Shown: positions 46,131 to 58,830 of the stretch, piece after piece
How positions within the stretch are numbered: the first letter of the stretch is position 1
How the letters are laid out: each line of letters begins with the position of its first letter
Assembly (NCBI GenBank): GCA_030704615.1
Contig: CM060733.1
Coordinates: 35,402,001-35,466,000 of the forward strand
DNA: 64,000 nucleotides
Direction: 5' to 3'
Origin: Takakia lepidozioides
Lineage: Eukaryota; Plantae; Bryophyta
Notes under the pieces: model-generated
The model's database searches: none
What the model saw: only the letters and a program-made list of their open reading frames with translations
What the model was told of the DNA's origin: nothing
Made by a program: the position numbers and the translations under genes

Positions 46131-49100
46131 AGCGAAGCTCGAGGTGATTCCGCCCCAAGACGACATCACACACGGAGCCTGACGAAGTCTAACTGTGCAC
46201 ATTTTTCCTTGGACAGTCCCTACGGCGTAACTGGTGTTGTGTTTGCCTAGATGGTGTTAATGGGCGATCATTTTTCCTGCTGTCAATCACTGGCATCAAG
46301 AAGATTTGACCCCTGCTCCTCAACTCCACCACATGTTGAAGCATAATGGAGTGATTGAACTCGCTAAGCTGTGGCTGGCTGCTTTCTCTTTACAGACGTT
46401 CTACAGTCTCATTCTGATTCCTGAGAAGAATCCTCTGAAGAGTTCTTTGTTTATGATTGTAAATTCTTGGTTCAATGTACACAAACAATCTACACTTTCG
46501 GTTGTATGGTGTGATATGATTTTTTTAAATCCGTTGCACTCTATGTTGGAATGTGTGTCTGGAGAGTCATTTTGGGGTGATCCTTAAGTGCTTTGATCCT
46601 CTTGTTGGAGGAAAAACAGTTTTGAGAAAGGTGAACTGGACCGCACACTTATCATCTGTGGAGTTGACTACATATAAAAAATAATCATCACGATATGAAT
46701 TTGTAACAGCAGAAATCTGAAACTTTAAGATCCACAAAAGCACCTGTATCTGTTATGTACAGAAAAATCCAAGTATGTTGGAGTGGGGAAGAATTGCACT
46801 GACAGCCTAAACTAAAATCTGTTGAATGTCATCAAATACTGGGTATAGTCTCTTACATTTCCCCAGGAATGTTATAAAAGGACTGTTGTACTCCAGTATG
46901 GAGCATGAGGGGAGAGATGCAAGGAATTAAAGCTGGAGAGACTGAAGGGCAACCTTGGCTGCAAGGGCAACTACACAGTGTCTGTGGAGTCCACCTTCAA
47001 GACTTGGGGCATGGCTTGTGACCATCCAGTGTGTCAATATGGCAAACTGGTGTAAGGGCCCCACAAGATTTCAGTCGAATGAGCAGTGTGTGATGTTCCT
47101 GGGTGGTGGATTTTGGGCTGGTTACAATACATCATTACTAGAAGTAGTCAAACTCTGTGGTTCTATGGACGAAGTACATGGTGGGGAAGTTTATATATGT
47201 GGAACAAGTCTAAGTAGGAAGGAGAAAAATGAAGCATAAAGATGGTTGCGGTGCATTTTCTTTTTCATATGAAACCTGACTAGTCGACTAGTCCATTTTG
47301 TTATTCATATGGCCACGAGGTATTAGCCAGGTTTTCCTTGTTTGAAACTCAGCACTTCAGTGTTCCGCAGAGACTGTGACAGGAGGCAGTGAATGGCATG
47401 GGGCGGGGGGGTTTCGGAGATGATGCAAACTAATTTGTAACAGTGCAAGACATATAACGTTCCAAACTAGATGGTTTATATATTCATAGAAAGAAGACAA
47501 GTCAGAGTCTACTGGAGATGCTTTTGTTCAGGCTTGCAAGCAGTGTGATGAGGTGTTTCTCGGCTATTGCAGGTTAGGCGTTTGGAAATAGGAGCTCTTG
47601 TAACAATCCGAGGGATTGGCCGCATCAAGATGGTCAACTTAACTCAGGTATGGCTCATCTGAAGTTAGGTCAAGTTTCAGTTTTAGGATGGTTCACCCCC
47701 CGATGTTCCTCATTTCTTCAGCCTGCAAACACCATTGGTAGCTTTCAGAAAAAAAGTGCAGCTTGGTAATGAAACTTGAGTTTGTGACAGATGGAGCCAT
47801 TCATTAAGTGCACAGTGGTGCCAGTAAAAGACGAAACCCCAGAAGATAGGAAATCTTTGTGTGCATCAACTGAGGAGCTCAAAAAGACATTGGCAGATGT
47901 GCAGCAACTCCAAATTAAGATTAAGGTAAAACATACACCAAACCAAATGACTTTTTCCACGTGGTGCAACTGTTTGTTCTTCTTCCTCCTCCCACCATAC
48001 TAGATTAATGGAGTCCTTGGCCATAAGGCTCCAGTGAAAAAGCAATAAGTTCTAACCCCTCCTTCCCTATCCTAGCCGTCGAAAGTATTGTAGTGTTGTT
48101 CTTAAACTAGGAGCAAAGTGATTGATGATAGTCCAAACATTTAACATGAAAACTGCACAGCTTTGGTAAAGGAGCTGGGATTTTGGACCAATCTTCCCTT
48201 GTTCTGAGTGACTGTGTTTATCTTGACTTGGCTGACACGAACAATCCAATCCTCTTTAAGATATCGTCCTGATGCAAAGATGAAATCTGCGAATACAGGA
48301 CTTTTTCCATGGGATATGAGATTGCTGTGGTAGAATTTTCAAATCTGCCTGGTAACAGTACTCTCAGACACAAGGAAACTGCATAGATAAAGGGTTTTCC
48401 TCCTTTCAAAAGGCAGTTTTGGTGCATCACTTGTATGCAGACTGCAAAAGATGAAACTTTGCAAACACCACTGGAGAAAGCCTTACAATGGGCAGAGAAG
48501 GGGGAGCTTGATGATTTGGTCAAGTGCTTTGTTCCCAGCCGCGAAGAGTGCCTCTCTTTCGCGGCCCTCCAGCCTGTTGCAGGTACATTGTCTCTCTCCC
48601 AAGCTCCTCTCTTTTCTTTTTCTCTTGCATTCCTCTATGTTATTCTCACACTTTCTCTTTTCTCTCTTCTCCTGTTCTTCTTCTATCCCCTCTATCCCGT
48701 CTTTTCCCCTGTATTCTTTGCTTGCAACTCCCCACTTGCATTTGTGTGAATGTCATTGCTACAGCACATTCTGGTAGTAACATTCAATAAATCTCATGGG
48801 CAGGTGCGAGTCCAGGAGAGTTACACAGCTGTTGCAAGAAAGGCTGAAAGCTATGGCAGCTGTGGACACGGGAGTGCGACTGACCAACGTCACCCAATAT
48901 GCTGAACAAAGTAGGGTATCCCAATGTGTGACATCCTCCGAACTTGTTTTCCTGTACACAGCTATTGCATTGCTGTCCCAGTTGGCTGGAATGTGCGGTT
49001 GATTCTTAGTTGAGAGAAATAAACTCATCAGCATGTAACTATTGAAACAGAACAGGTTCACTATTTGGCCTTCACAATGCCCATGAATTGATGCCGGACC

Positions 49101-51556
49101 AGGTACTGGGCACATTGATACACAACACCACAATTAGTTCATGACTAACTATGGGTAAGATACCTGGGGGCCTTACACTCTCAATGCGAGCCAAGCAGCC
49201 ATAGGTAGCCACAAATGATGCAACTCCAGTGTCCTCTCCCTTCACTGGCTCAATCACAATGTGTGCAAACAGATAGTTGGGCCGTCCAATGACCTGCAAG
49301 GGCACAACACAATACAGGTGAACAAAAGCATGCTTAGCTGTAGCTATTAGTGAAGACGACAAAGTATTTTCTGGGCAATGAAAGTGAATAGGCTGCCAAC
49401 CACTGTCAGGTCAGCTTGTGTATGATCAGATCTGGGCATTGTCTTGTCCGCCCCCATCACCTGCAAGCACCCACACACAGCACAAGTGAACAGAAGCATA
49501 GTGATTTGTGAAGCGGGTAACATTCAGTTTTAGGCAATTGACTGCTAAAAACGTCTACCATTGACATCAGGCTTGAAAGTGTGAGATCAATTCCAGCAAT
49601 GCTCACTTAGCCCTCTACCTTACAGGAGACATGACAATTGTGTCTGTGCTTACAATCCGAAACACTTGATGGAGAAACTGAGGGAAGAGAGAAAGCAAAC
49701 AAGGACATTTGTTACATCTGCTGGAGGTTGAAAGGACCGGAACAGAGCTAAGAGAGAGAGATAGGAAACAAGGAGGTGACGAGATATGAAGGAAGAAAGA
49801 AGCAGTAATTTATTACGTCCACAGAAGTAGACGGACAGATAGAGACGGAGATTGAAGGAAAAATCATTGCAGTGTGTGTATTATCAACAACTGCTATGAA
49901 TTGGTAACCATATTCCTGTCTTCGCAGCAAATTCAAGTCTTCCAGTACAGACACCGCCAATGTGGACGTAGTATTGACAACATTGCTCCAGATAATGGGC
50001 ATCTTCGTGACGATGCTAAAGATAGGCACATACCATTTGAAACCGACACGTAAGACTTTCATGGCGTAGGTAGCATGACAAACAAGTATGCTGTATCCAA
50101 CAGGAAACACTGCGCAGAAACAAGATTGACAGCCAGGTCCCTTCATTTGCTAGGACCTCCGCACAATTAGCATGCTCATAGGTGAGCCTAAGTAGGTAAG
50201 GGAAAGCTATTAGGTCTCTTTTACCTTACCTCTAATCTCAGCACCTCACTAAGGTCGCCAAGCAGAAAAAGAAGTAACGTGCTAACATATCTCAAAGCAG
50301 AACAAAATTTTTTTGAGAAAGTGAGGAAAGAGAGTAGCAGACCAGCAGACAATATTCAAAAGACTCAAAAACAGAAAAAACAATCATGATAAGCAAACAC
50401 ATCCCACAATAAGGACCTACCAGTAAATACCAGCATGCGCATCAGGGCAGAAGTGCTTTCTGCCATGCGTTGCCGCACAGTAGAACATGTGCAGTTAACC
50501 ACGAGCATCTAACCCTGTGGAAGCCGGTAGAGTTCACTCTTTTTCTGCTGTCAATACTTTGGTCCTGTGGGCTATGAAACGAACCTCTCTGCTTTTCACG
50601 ATCCACAGTGAGGTACGAACATGGCGGACTTCTATGGCAACCGCGGGCGTACGACAAATGAGAGGAGGATGCAAGGTCGACGAGTGAGGAGGTGAGAGAG
50701 AGAGGGGACGACAAATGGTGCATAGACGGCATGGGAGATCCAACCACCGCCATAGCCATCCTTGTGTGATCTCTCGCCAGATATTCTACACCAGATGGCT
50801 GCACGCAGCAACGCTGAAACTCGCGCCTTTGAACTTGGTGCACAGGTGCTAAGGTGGATGACCCAATTCAGACCGGACGGTACGCCGGTTTCCTTCATGT
50901 CAAATATTCCCCACCCTCTCTTGAGAATGACATTGAAGGAGAGTAAACTCCAGTCGGGGTTACACGGTGGGGAGGATAACTCCATTTGGGGTTACATGAC
51001 GGGGTGCGCAATTCAGTGTAAATCACACTTGGTCTCCAAATTTGATCAAGTCCAACTTTGGCTAAGTATAAATTGGACTAACGAGAGTTACACACAAGCC
51101 ACAGAACACTAGTCCGGGTTATACTACAATAGCTTCTCATCAAGTACTAAACCCACAATCTTGTTGCTTACACTCCAATAACCTTACCAACACACCACTC
51201 ATCACTGCATGACACCCTCCTGGATTCTTAAGTATTTAATAGTGAATCCGAGGTAGGAGGGGGTGGGGAGGATTTGGCAGTTCCCCCCCCCCCCCCGGGC
51301 TGGAGGACCCTGGACCTTGCTACTTACAGGAGCCCTTTCTGCTTCACCACATGCTTGATATGGATAATGTCAGTCTTTTCCTCACAGAAAACTGAATAGC
51401 ACTTTATCACATGACACCCCAGACATTGCGTGGCAAAATGATTAGATCCAAGAAGGAACTTAATGCTAACTATTGCATGATGCGGCTGTAACTCGGTTGA
51501 TCCATCCAGTAAACTTGGGATTATGGAAGGAGCCACAAGCAAGGAAATGGCTGCAG

Positions 51557-54500
51557 TCAAGGCCTTCTTCGCCACATGTATCTCTTTGCAATTTTCAAGA
51601 GCAGCCCCTTTTTCAGACGTGGGAAGAAGGGGTCGACGGTGACTTCCTCATTGGGGTCGACAAGTGACCATTGTAAGCGTCTAACCAGTTGATCCAGAAA
51701 CACCAACATCTCCAACCGCCAACTCTCATAGCCAGGGCAGCTGTGTACACCTCCTCCAAAGGGTACAAACGTGTACTGAGGAGGTCCCATACCTTCGAAT
51801 CGGGAGGGGTCAAAGTTGCGTGGTTCAGGAAAGTACTCTGGGACCATGTTGGAGCGATGTGATGAATACACCACCTGCGACATAGTGACACAACATATGA
51901 TAGAAGTCAAGCTTTCTACAATGGAGAATTGTATTTCTATGATACATTTTAGGCCTAGTCCCAGAAAGTGTGAGCAGCAGATCATGCGAGTTAATGTGAC
52001 ATCCGATAATGCTGATTGTTTGGGACGAGTTATTTGACGACTTGAACTGATAAGGTTAAGTGGTTTTGATCGATGAAGCCCATGACAAAAGAGTGCTTGG
52101 ACCATTGGAGCCCAATATTGAATAAGGACAGTGTGAGAATTATATGAGTGGGTGCGGAGTGGGGGAGGGGCGGGAGTACCTTCCACCCCTTGGGAATTGT
52201 GAAGCCATCGAATTCGAAATCGGTAATAGCCTCCCGAAAGGCGATTGGCACCACTGGTACGGTGCGCATACTTTCTTGGATAACACGCCATGTGTACTTC
52301 ATCTGCCTCGTGTCCGTCCAGTTCAGTACTGCTCCAGGTTCCCTCTCTGCCGCAATCTGACTTAGCTCTGGAAACTCGTACAAAATAATCAGTAAACACT
52401 TCCACTGGAAAGAGAATGTACTCATCACGTGTGCCGTACCTTGTGGCCATTGACCCCGCGCCCACTTTGAGGGGGAACCGAAAGAGACAGGAACTACCTT
52501 TGTCAGGGGCTGACGCCGATAGTATGACTTACACAAAGATAAATCTGCTGTGTGCGATTTGCCCAATAACTAGGCCCCAAAAGGACCAGGGCTTTTGGCT
52601 CCGCCTCGAGCGAGATTTTCAAAGTTGGTGAACAGAGGTACAGGCACAAATCCCTTGAAGGATTTGAAGAGTTTGTCTCTCTGGTGGAGTACCCAGGACA
52701 GTGAGTCTTCAGGTTGCCCACACAACAGGCATTTGCAATGCTCCTTTCCTCTGTGCATGTGTTCGCTGTTTAAAGGTAGGCTTCCTGCCCTGAGTTTCAA
52801 CTTTAAGTCTAGTGCCGAGAGTGGGTAAACCCTTGAGGTCATCCATTCATACGTCCTCCCCCATGTCACAGACTGGAAACAAGTTCAGGGAAGACTTCTC
52901 ATCTTTCTAGTCAATTTGCTTGTAGCAAATTATTCAAACAACTTCATCTTTGCAGTGCGTTCAATCTACCACTTGATGGCCGGGCAGGTTGGCATCAACC
53001 TCACATGCTAAGCACACATTTCATGGGAAGCACCCTCACCCACTTCCGTTCATGCCAGTTCTCATATCATGCCATCTCTAATACCTATGATGTCATAGGA
53101 AAGGTACTTCGGACAATGGGACATGAGATGAAGGCTACCTTTCAGAATCTCATTCACGCAGGTCGGATTTTCAGCCAAGAGGCGCAACGTCATGGAAAGG
53201 GCGGCGGCAGTGGTGTCGTGGCCAGCAAACATGAGAGAAATGAGGTTGTCTTGGATGGCAGCCTCGGTGAGGAACTGTCCATTCTCGTCCGGCGTTGTCA
53301 GGAGCACTGACAGAAGGTCTTGATGTGGCGATGCAAGTTTGTCTTCGAGTTCCTGCCACGGTACAGATCATCCATGGTCACACAACAATACTTTCAAGAA
53401 CAATCCCTGATCTCTTGAAAGAAAGAAAGACGGCAACTGAGATAATCTTCCGAAGTCTAAACGAATCCCTGACTGCAAGTACATCATGTAAAGATCTCAT
53501 AAAAATCGGTCATCCAACTAATGAGCTTGAGTTGCAATATGTAGCAAGCGGGAGATTATATGGTGGATTCCACTTTGAGTATCTCTTGTTACCTGGCGCC
53601 TTCTTGTCATGATGGCGCCGAGGCCACTGAGGAGGATCTTACGAGCGCGTTTAGCTTTCCAGAAACGAGTGCCCGGGATATCAAAGGGAAAGTCCATAAG
53701 GCCATCCACCATAGTAGTGAATGCATCCAAAAGATTGTTGAGTTCAGGGCCCTCCTTTAAGCTCAAAAAGAGATCGCATGCTGCAACAAATGCAAATTGT
53801 TTGATGCACTCAGATCCTGTCACTTGGTCTTTATTCTCCCAATGCTTGGATATGTGGGCAGCTGCAAATACCTCCATTCTTGGCACAAAGCTCTGGATCG
53901 ATTCAGGATTGAGAAGGTCCATGATGATGCGGCGGATGCGTCTGTGCAATCTCCCCACAGTTGAGAATAGTTCAAAGCAGCAGCATTGCGATCGCCTGTG
54001 AGAACTTTTAGGAATTCTTATTGTGTGTCATATTGTCTCGCAATATTGGCAAGGTCGAGCCCAGCCTGTTGTGTATGAAGTTGTTGACTTCCTGCATACA
54101 GTTCTAACTGTCTAAGTAGAGCAGTGATCATCATACCACACGCCGCAATGCGGTGTGTGCACAGACATGTTGAAAATACGAGACTAGCTGAACATTGTTG
54201 CAATTGGTAACAGGGCCAAGAAAGTTTTTAAGCAATCGTTCACTTGCTTTGGCAGGTGTCCCTACTTGTTTTTCCCAAGGAAACCCAAGCCACAGGCACT
54301 GGGCAATGAGGGAGAAAATTAACCCCCTTTTGGAGCCATTGAGGCACGTCCCTATTATTCTGAACAATACACAAGTTTGTCCATCTCAAAATTATTCAAG
54401 AGCGTTATTCACCTGTGAGAGTCGGGCGTCCCGAAGGTATAGACTTCTTTTCCAAGAAGGATGCCAAATGAGCTGGGCCAGCAATTTCGAACCAGTTTGT

Positions 54501-55181
54501 TCTCATTCGCAAACACGAACTTGTTTCCAGCAGGCGCGGGCAAGCACACAGTCTTGTCACCCATCAGCGAGGTTTTGAACACCGCTCCATATTTCTTCTC
54601 CCGAGCCTGCGACCAGATCAAACCATGAGATCATTTCATATCACAGCTCTGAAACCTACTAGATGTTGAGACTTCTATTATTGAATCACTTCACTCATAC
54701 TACGTAGTGGATGATAAGTGGATCCAAAGAATTGGCAAAAGAGTGGGCACCAGGGATCTCAAAATAAATATAATAGCTCAGCTGCTCGTGGCAGAACATG
54801 ATGTACAAGGTTTCTAATAATATAGCTCAGCCACGTACAACAAGACCTTCATCATTCGAGTTTCACGTATGTCTAGTCTAGTAAGCATCGCAATCGCGTC
54901 CTTGGCATTGCCTGAAAGAAATCTTCGGGTCTGTTGATGCGCATCGCTGAGAGGTAGCTAAGTGTCTCCCCAATAAATGGAAGCCCAAATCGACCCGGTG
55001 GAAGTGGGGGCCGGCCTTTGAGCTGATTCTTCTCTGATTGCGAAGGAATAATCCTGAAGACCAGCCACAACACCAGAGTCCCAAACAGCAGTGAAAAGAG
55101 TGAACCCAAAGTTGCCCCATGTCTGATCACTGTTCCCGTATACAGTTGCCACGCTCCATCGATCCCAACCAAGTTTGTCAT
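51557..55181 (-). CDS. Cytochrome P450, CYP85 clan, CYP716-like; 6 exons, apparently intact
   Basis: It has an N-terminal TM segment, PPGRFGLPFIGETL, FKTSLMG...GNKFVFANE, I-helix AGHDTT, ExxR (ESMR), FDPSRFE and heme motif FGGGVHSCPG. The first intron donor appears to be GC (54911). Confidence 0.88.
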
Positions 55182-56634
55182 ACCTACCCACGGAGCCCCT
55201 CGAGATATAGCTGAATCTACTCAACACTTCAAGCCCTGAAGCTTGGGGTCTCTGCTCTTCACTTGAACTCGTAAAATCTAATGTCTACGTAAGACATACC
55301 CGACTATAGCGAGCTAAGGAACTCCAAAGCTACCAGCAGGCGCACTTAAGTTCCCAGAAAGCGGGTTTGCAATGTTTTGCAGTGCGAGGAACCCGTGCCT
55401 GGCGGTGGCACAGTGGGTATTCAAATGGTCTGTGAAGGGGGTGATGATTAACCGGAAATTACGGGTCCTGCCTTTAGCAGCTTTTGTGGAACCAACGAAC
55501 GGGGAGAACCGGAGCCAGTTACATGCTAGCCGACTGAATTCCAGCATTTCCTAATGAAATATGAAACCTCGGGAAATGGATCCGAGGGAAAAAAAATGGC
55601 CGAAGCGGAAATCAACCAGGTGCCCTACTTTTAGGAAGAATATTTGCCTTTCCATTTCATTACAGACAGGAAATCTGGCAAGGCCTGGACGGATTCCCTT
55701 CTTATATTACAAAAAAAGGAAATGGCCGTCGAGGTCCGCCACATGGCGGAAATCCAACGTGTCAGGCCTGAGGAGGGCGTGAGGAGGGCGTTTAGGCGAA
55801 AAAATATTGAACTCAAGAGGGCGGGGCCACTACTAGTAGACGTTGCTTTGGGAGCCCCCAGCCCCACGCCTGCTTGCATATCACAGCTCACCTGTCCACG
55901 TGGGTTCAATTCTTGAAACTGGTTGTGATTACTTAATTATTATTATTATTTACTTATTGTTGTGCATTTGACACTTGTGTTGTCAACAGGGTGATATTTA
56001 TAAGGGCTGGATTTATAGCTGAAAACAAAAATAAATCATTAGGAATATTATCGTTGTTGTTAAAAAATTTATCTCGGAAATTGACGGGTTATAGTTACAC
56101 TAAGGGGCAGCAAGGGACTGCCCACCCCACTTACTCCGATTGCTGCTGGGAATGAGCGGCTACTGGCTGGTTCAACTCAAATTTTTTCCCGGACGCTGAG
56201 TGGAATTGTGGGTCCAGGTGGGCACACAGGTCCCATCAGCATAGATGAATATATAGATATTATATGATATAATTACAATTATATTATTATTAAATATATA
56301 TTAACAAATATACAAATTCAAGGAGATGAAAGAAACACTGGATGAAATTCTAGCGACGACCGAAGGTCGAGAGCTAGTTTACCGTTTAGTAGAGCAGGAA
56401 TAGGGGGCCATAGTGCCACATCATCGTTGTCACGTTTCATAGCCATCTGTCGTCGCCACGTTTCGTACGTCGTCAATTCTTTCTATCTGCCCGGATTGCC
56501 CGAAAAATCCAAAAAAACTTCTTGAATGGTACCCTTCGTCGAGATTGACCCTTTTCTCTCTGCTTCTGTTTGATGTTCAAAGGAGAGAGCGAGTGTGCAA
56601 TGCCTAATAGGTTGATAAGGCCTGGCATTTAGAA

Positions 56635-57134
56635 NNNNNNNNNNNNNNNNNNNNNNNNNNNNNNNNNNNNNNNNNNNNNNNNNNNNNNNNNNNNNNNNNN
56701 NNNNNNNNNNNNNNNNNNNNNNNNNNNNNNNNNNNNNNNNNNNNNNNNNNNNNNNNNNNNNNNNNNNNNNNNNNNNNNNNNNNNNNNNNNNNNNNNNNNN
56801 NNNNNNNNNNNNNNNNNNNNNNNNNNNNNNNNNNNNNNNNNNNNNNNNNNNNNNNNNNNNNNNNNNNNNNNNNNNNNNNNNNNNNNNNNNNNNNNNNNNN
56901 NNNNNNNNNNNNNNNNNNNNNNNNNNNNNNNNNNNNNNNNNNNNNNNNNNNNNNNNNNNNNNNNNNNNNNNNNNNNNNNNNNNNNNNNNNNNNNNNNNNN
57001 NNNNNNNNNNNNNNNNNNNNNNNNNNNNNNNNNNNNNNNNNNNNNNNNNNNNNNNNNNNNNNNNNNNNNNNNNNNNNNNNNNNNNNNNNNNNNNNNNNNN
57101 NNNNNNNNNNNNNNNNNNNNNNNNNNNNNNNNNN
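56635..57134. other. Assembly gap (500 N)
   Basis: Run of N. Confidence 1.
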
Positions 57135-58830
57135 CCTTGCCTGACGGCTTGCCTCCCCACATTGTGGATCCAACTCCACCTCTGCACCTTATGGCTCAGG
57201 AACTCGTGCTGCTTCCTCGAGTCACGGCTGCAGCAGACTCCACCTGCTCTAGTGTAGTGCTGCTCCGCACATGAATCCATGCGCTCCCATATCTCCCTCC
57301 CTCAGGAGCAGGAGGTGGGCCATCCCGCTGGGAGCCGGTACCGCCTGAGCTATAGCCATGGCAGCGAGCCCCGCTCTAGCTGCTGAAGCCGATTGGCCAT
57401 GCCCTTGGTCAACACCTGACCTCCGCGTCCTTGGCCATGTGGAGCTTGCCTTGGCCTGCACCTCGTGCCCCGACCACCTCGTCCTCTTTGGCTGGTCCAC
57501 CTCGCCCCCGGCCACCATTGTTCCCTTGGAACTGGCCTGGGCGCAACTCAGATGCAAGTCATAACACTGGGCATCTCCATGCCCATACTTGCCACAATGC
57601 CCACACTGCAACTGTGCAGGCTGTGCTTGTGCCGCCTTTTGCCACTCTCTGGGCAATCTCTCTTGACATGGGTCCTCACATGTCCAACATATCACCCTGG
57701 TTGCTGTTGGCCTGCAAAAGATCCCACGGGCCTCTGCACCTGAGGTCCCCTATAAGCTCCATGGAACTTGGCTGGGCAACCTTGCCCCCCTGACCACGCT
57801 GTTGGGCAGTCCCTTGTGCCTGTGGGCTGACAGCTGTGCCCCGTGCAGGCATGTCCTTGCCAAAATCCAATTGTAACAACTCGCTCCTCCACCATGTTGA
57901 GCTCAATCCGCTCAGCCAGCAGAAACACATCTGCTAATGTGGGTTGGGCTGCTTGTAACAGGGTTGCATCTCGCACCCTTCTCTTGAGCTCCTTGTCCAG
58001 AATTCCATACCAAAAGTGGATTGCCTGAGCTTCAGTAACCCCTTGGGTCACACTTATCAAGCGCCTCATACAAGTGTACGCCTCTCGCATGCTCTCACTG
58101 GGTTTGCGCTGGAAGTCTTGCAAGCTTCGCAGCTTCTCAGTCCGTACACCTTGATAGTTCCTCCGCAACTCCTGGAAGAACTCCACCACCGGGTTGAATC
58201 TTGGCACATGTGTTGTAGTCATGGGAGGATAAGTAGTAGCACCTTCTGCAGAAGTACTGGCACTATCTGTTCCACTACTAGTGCTAGCCGTGGGAGGTAT
58301 TGGTGCTAATGTCGCTACTGGTCGTGTTGTTCCTCGAGTAATGGAGACGTAGTCAGGTGACCAATACATCCTCCACTCTTCAATTTCTGCTTCATGTCCT
58401 CGCCTGAACTCGTGGTAATCGTCCATAGGCGGACCTTCCAAATGCTGGAACAGTCCCTTCCACACCATGAATGGGTGAATAGCTGTGGATTGCGCATCTG
58501 CTGCAAATCACACCAGCTGTCGAACTCCTGGATAAAGTCATCCAACTCAATTGTGCCCACAGCTCCAGAGTACCTACGAGGCCCCTTGGTAGCTCCATAC
58601 ATCTCCTCCATGTCGTCCCACAACAATGGCGAATGAAAGTGCACACCTGTTGATGAAGCCTCCGAGTCTGTGTCTGATTCTACAGTAATTGAGGGTGGCG
58701 GTGAAGGTGGTCTGAACCGAATACCTCGTCTTGTGAACCCACTCTCACTGTTACTGCCTGTAGCCGTACTCCCCTCAAAACCCTTGGGTAACTCCGTAAT
58801 GACACTCACAATGTGCACCTCCTCCACGTG
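57135..58830 (-). mobile_element. Degenerate Ty3/Gypsy-like gag
   Basis: LDDFIQEFDSWC..., LQDFQRKPSESMREAY...RRL and the zinc knuckle CGHCGKYGHGDAQC are present, with frameshifts. Confidence 0.7.

Noticed and set aside
47740-48530. Possible plus-strand host exons (EPFIKCTVVPVKDE..., TAKDETLQTPLEKAL...)
   Set aside because: The splice signals are plausible, but I recognise no family and cannot build a complete gene model.
56483-57280. ORFs spanning the N run
   Set aside because: They are artefacts of the assembly gap.
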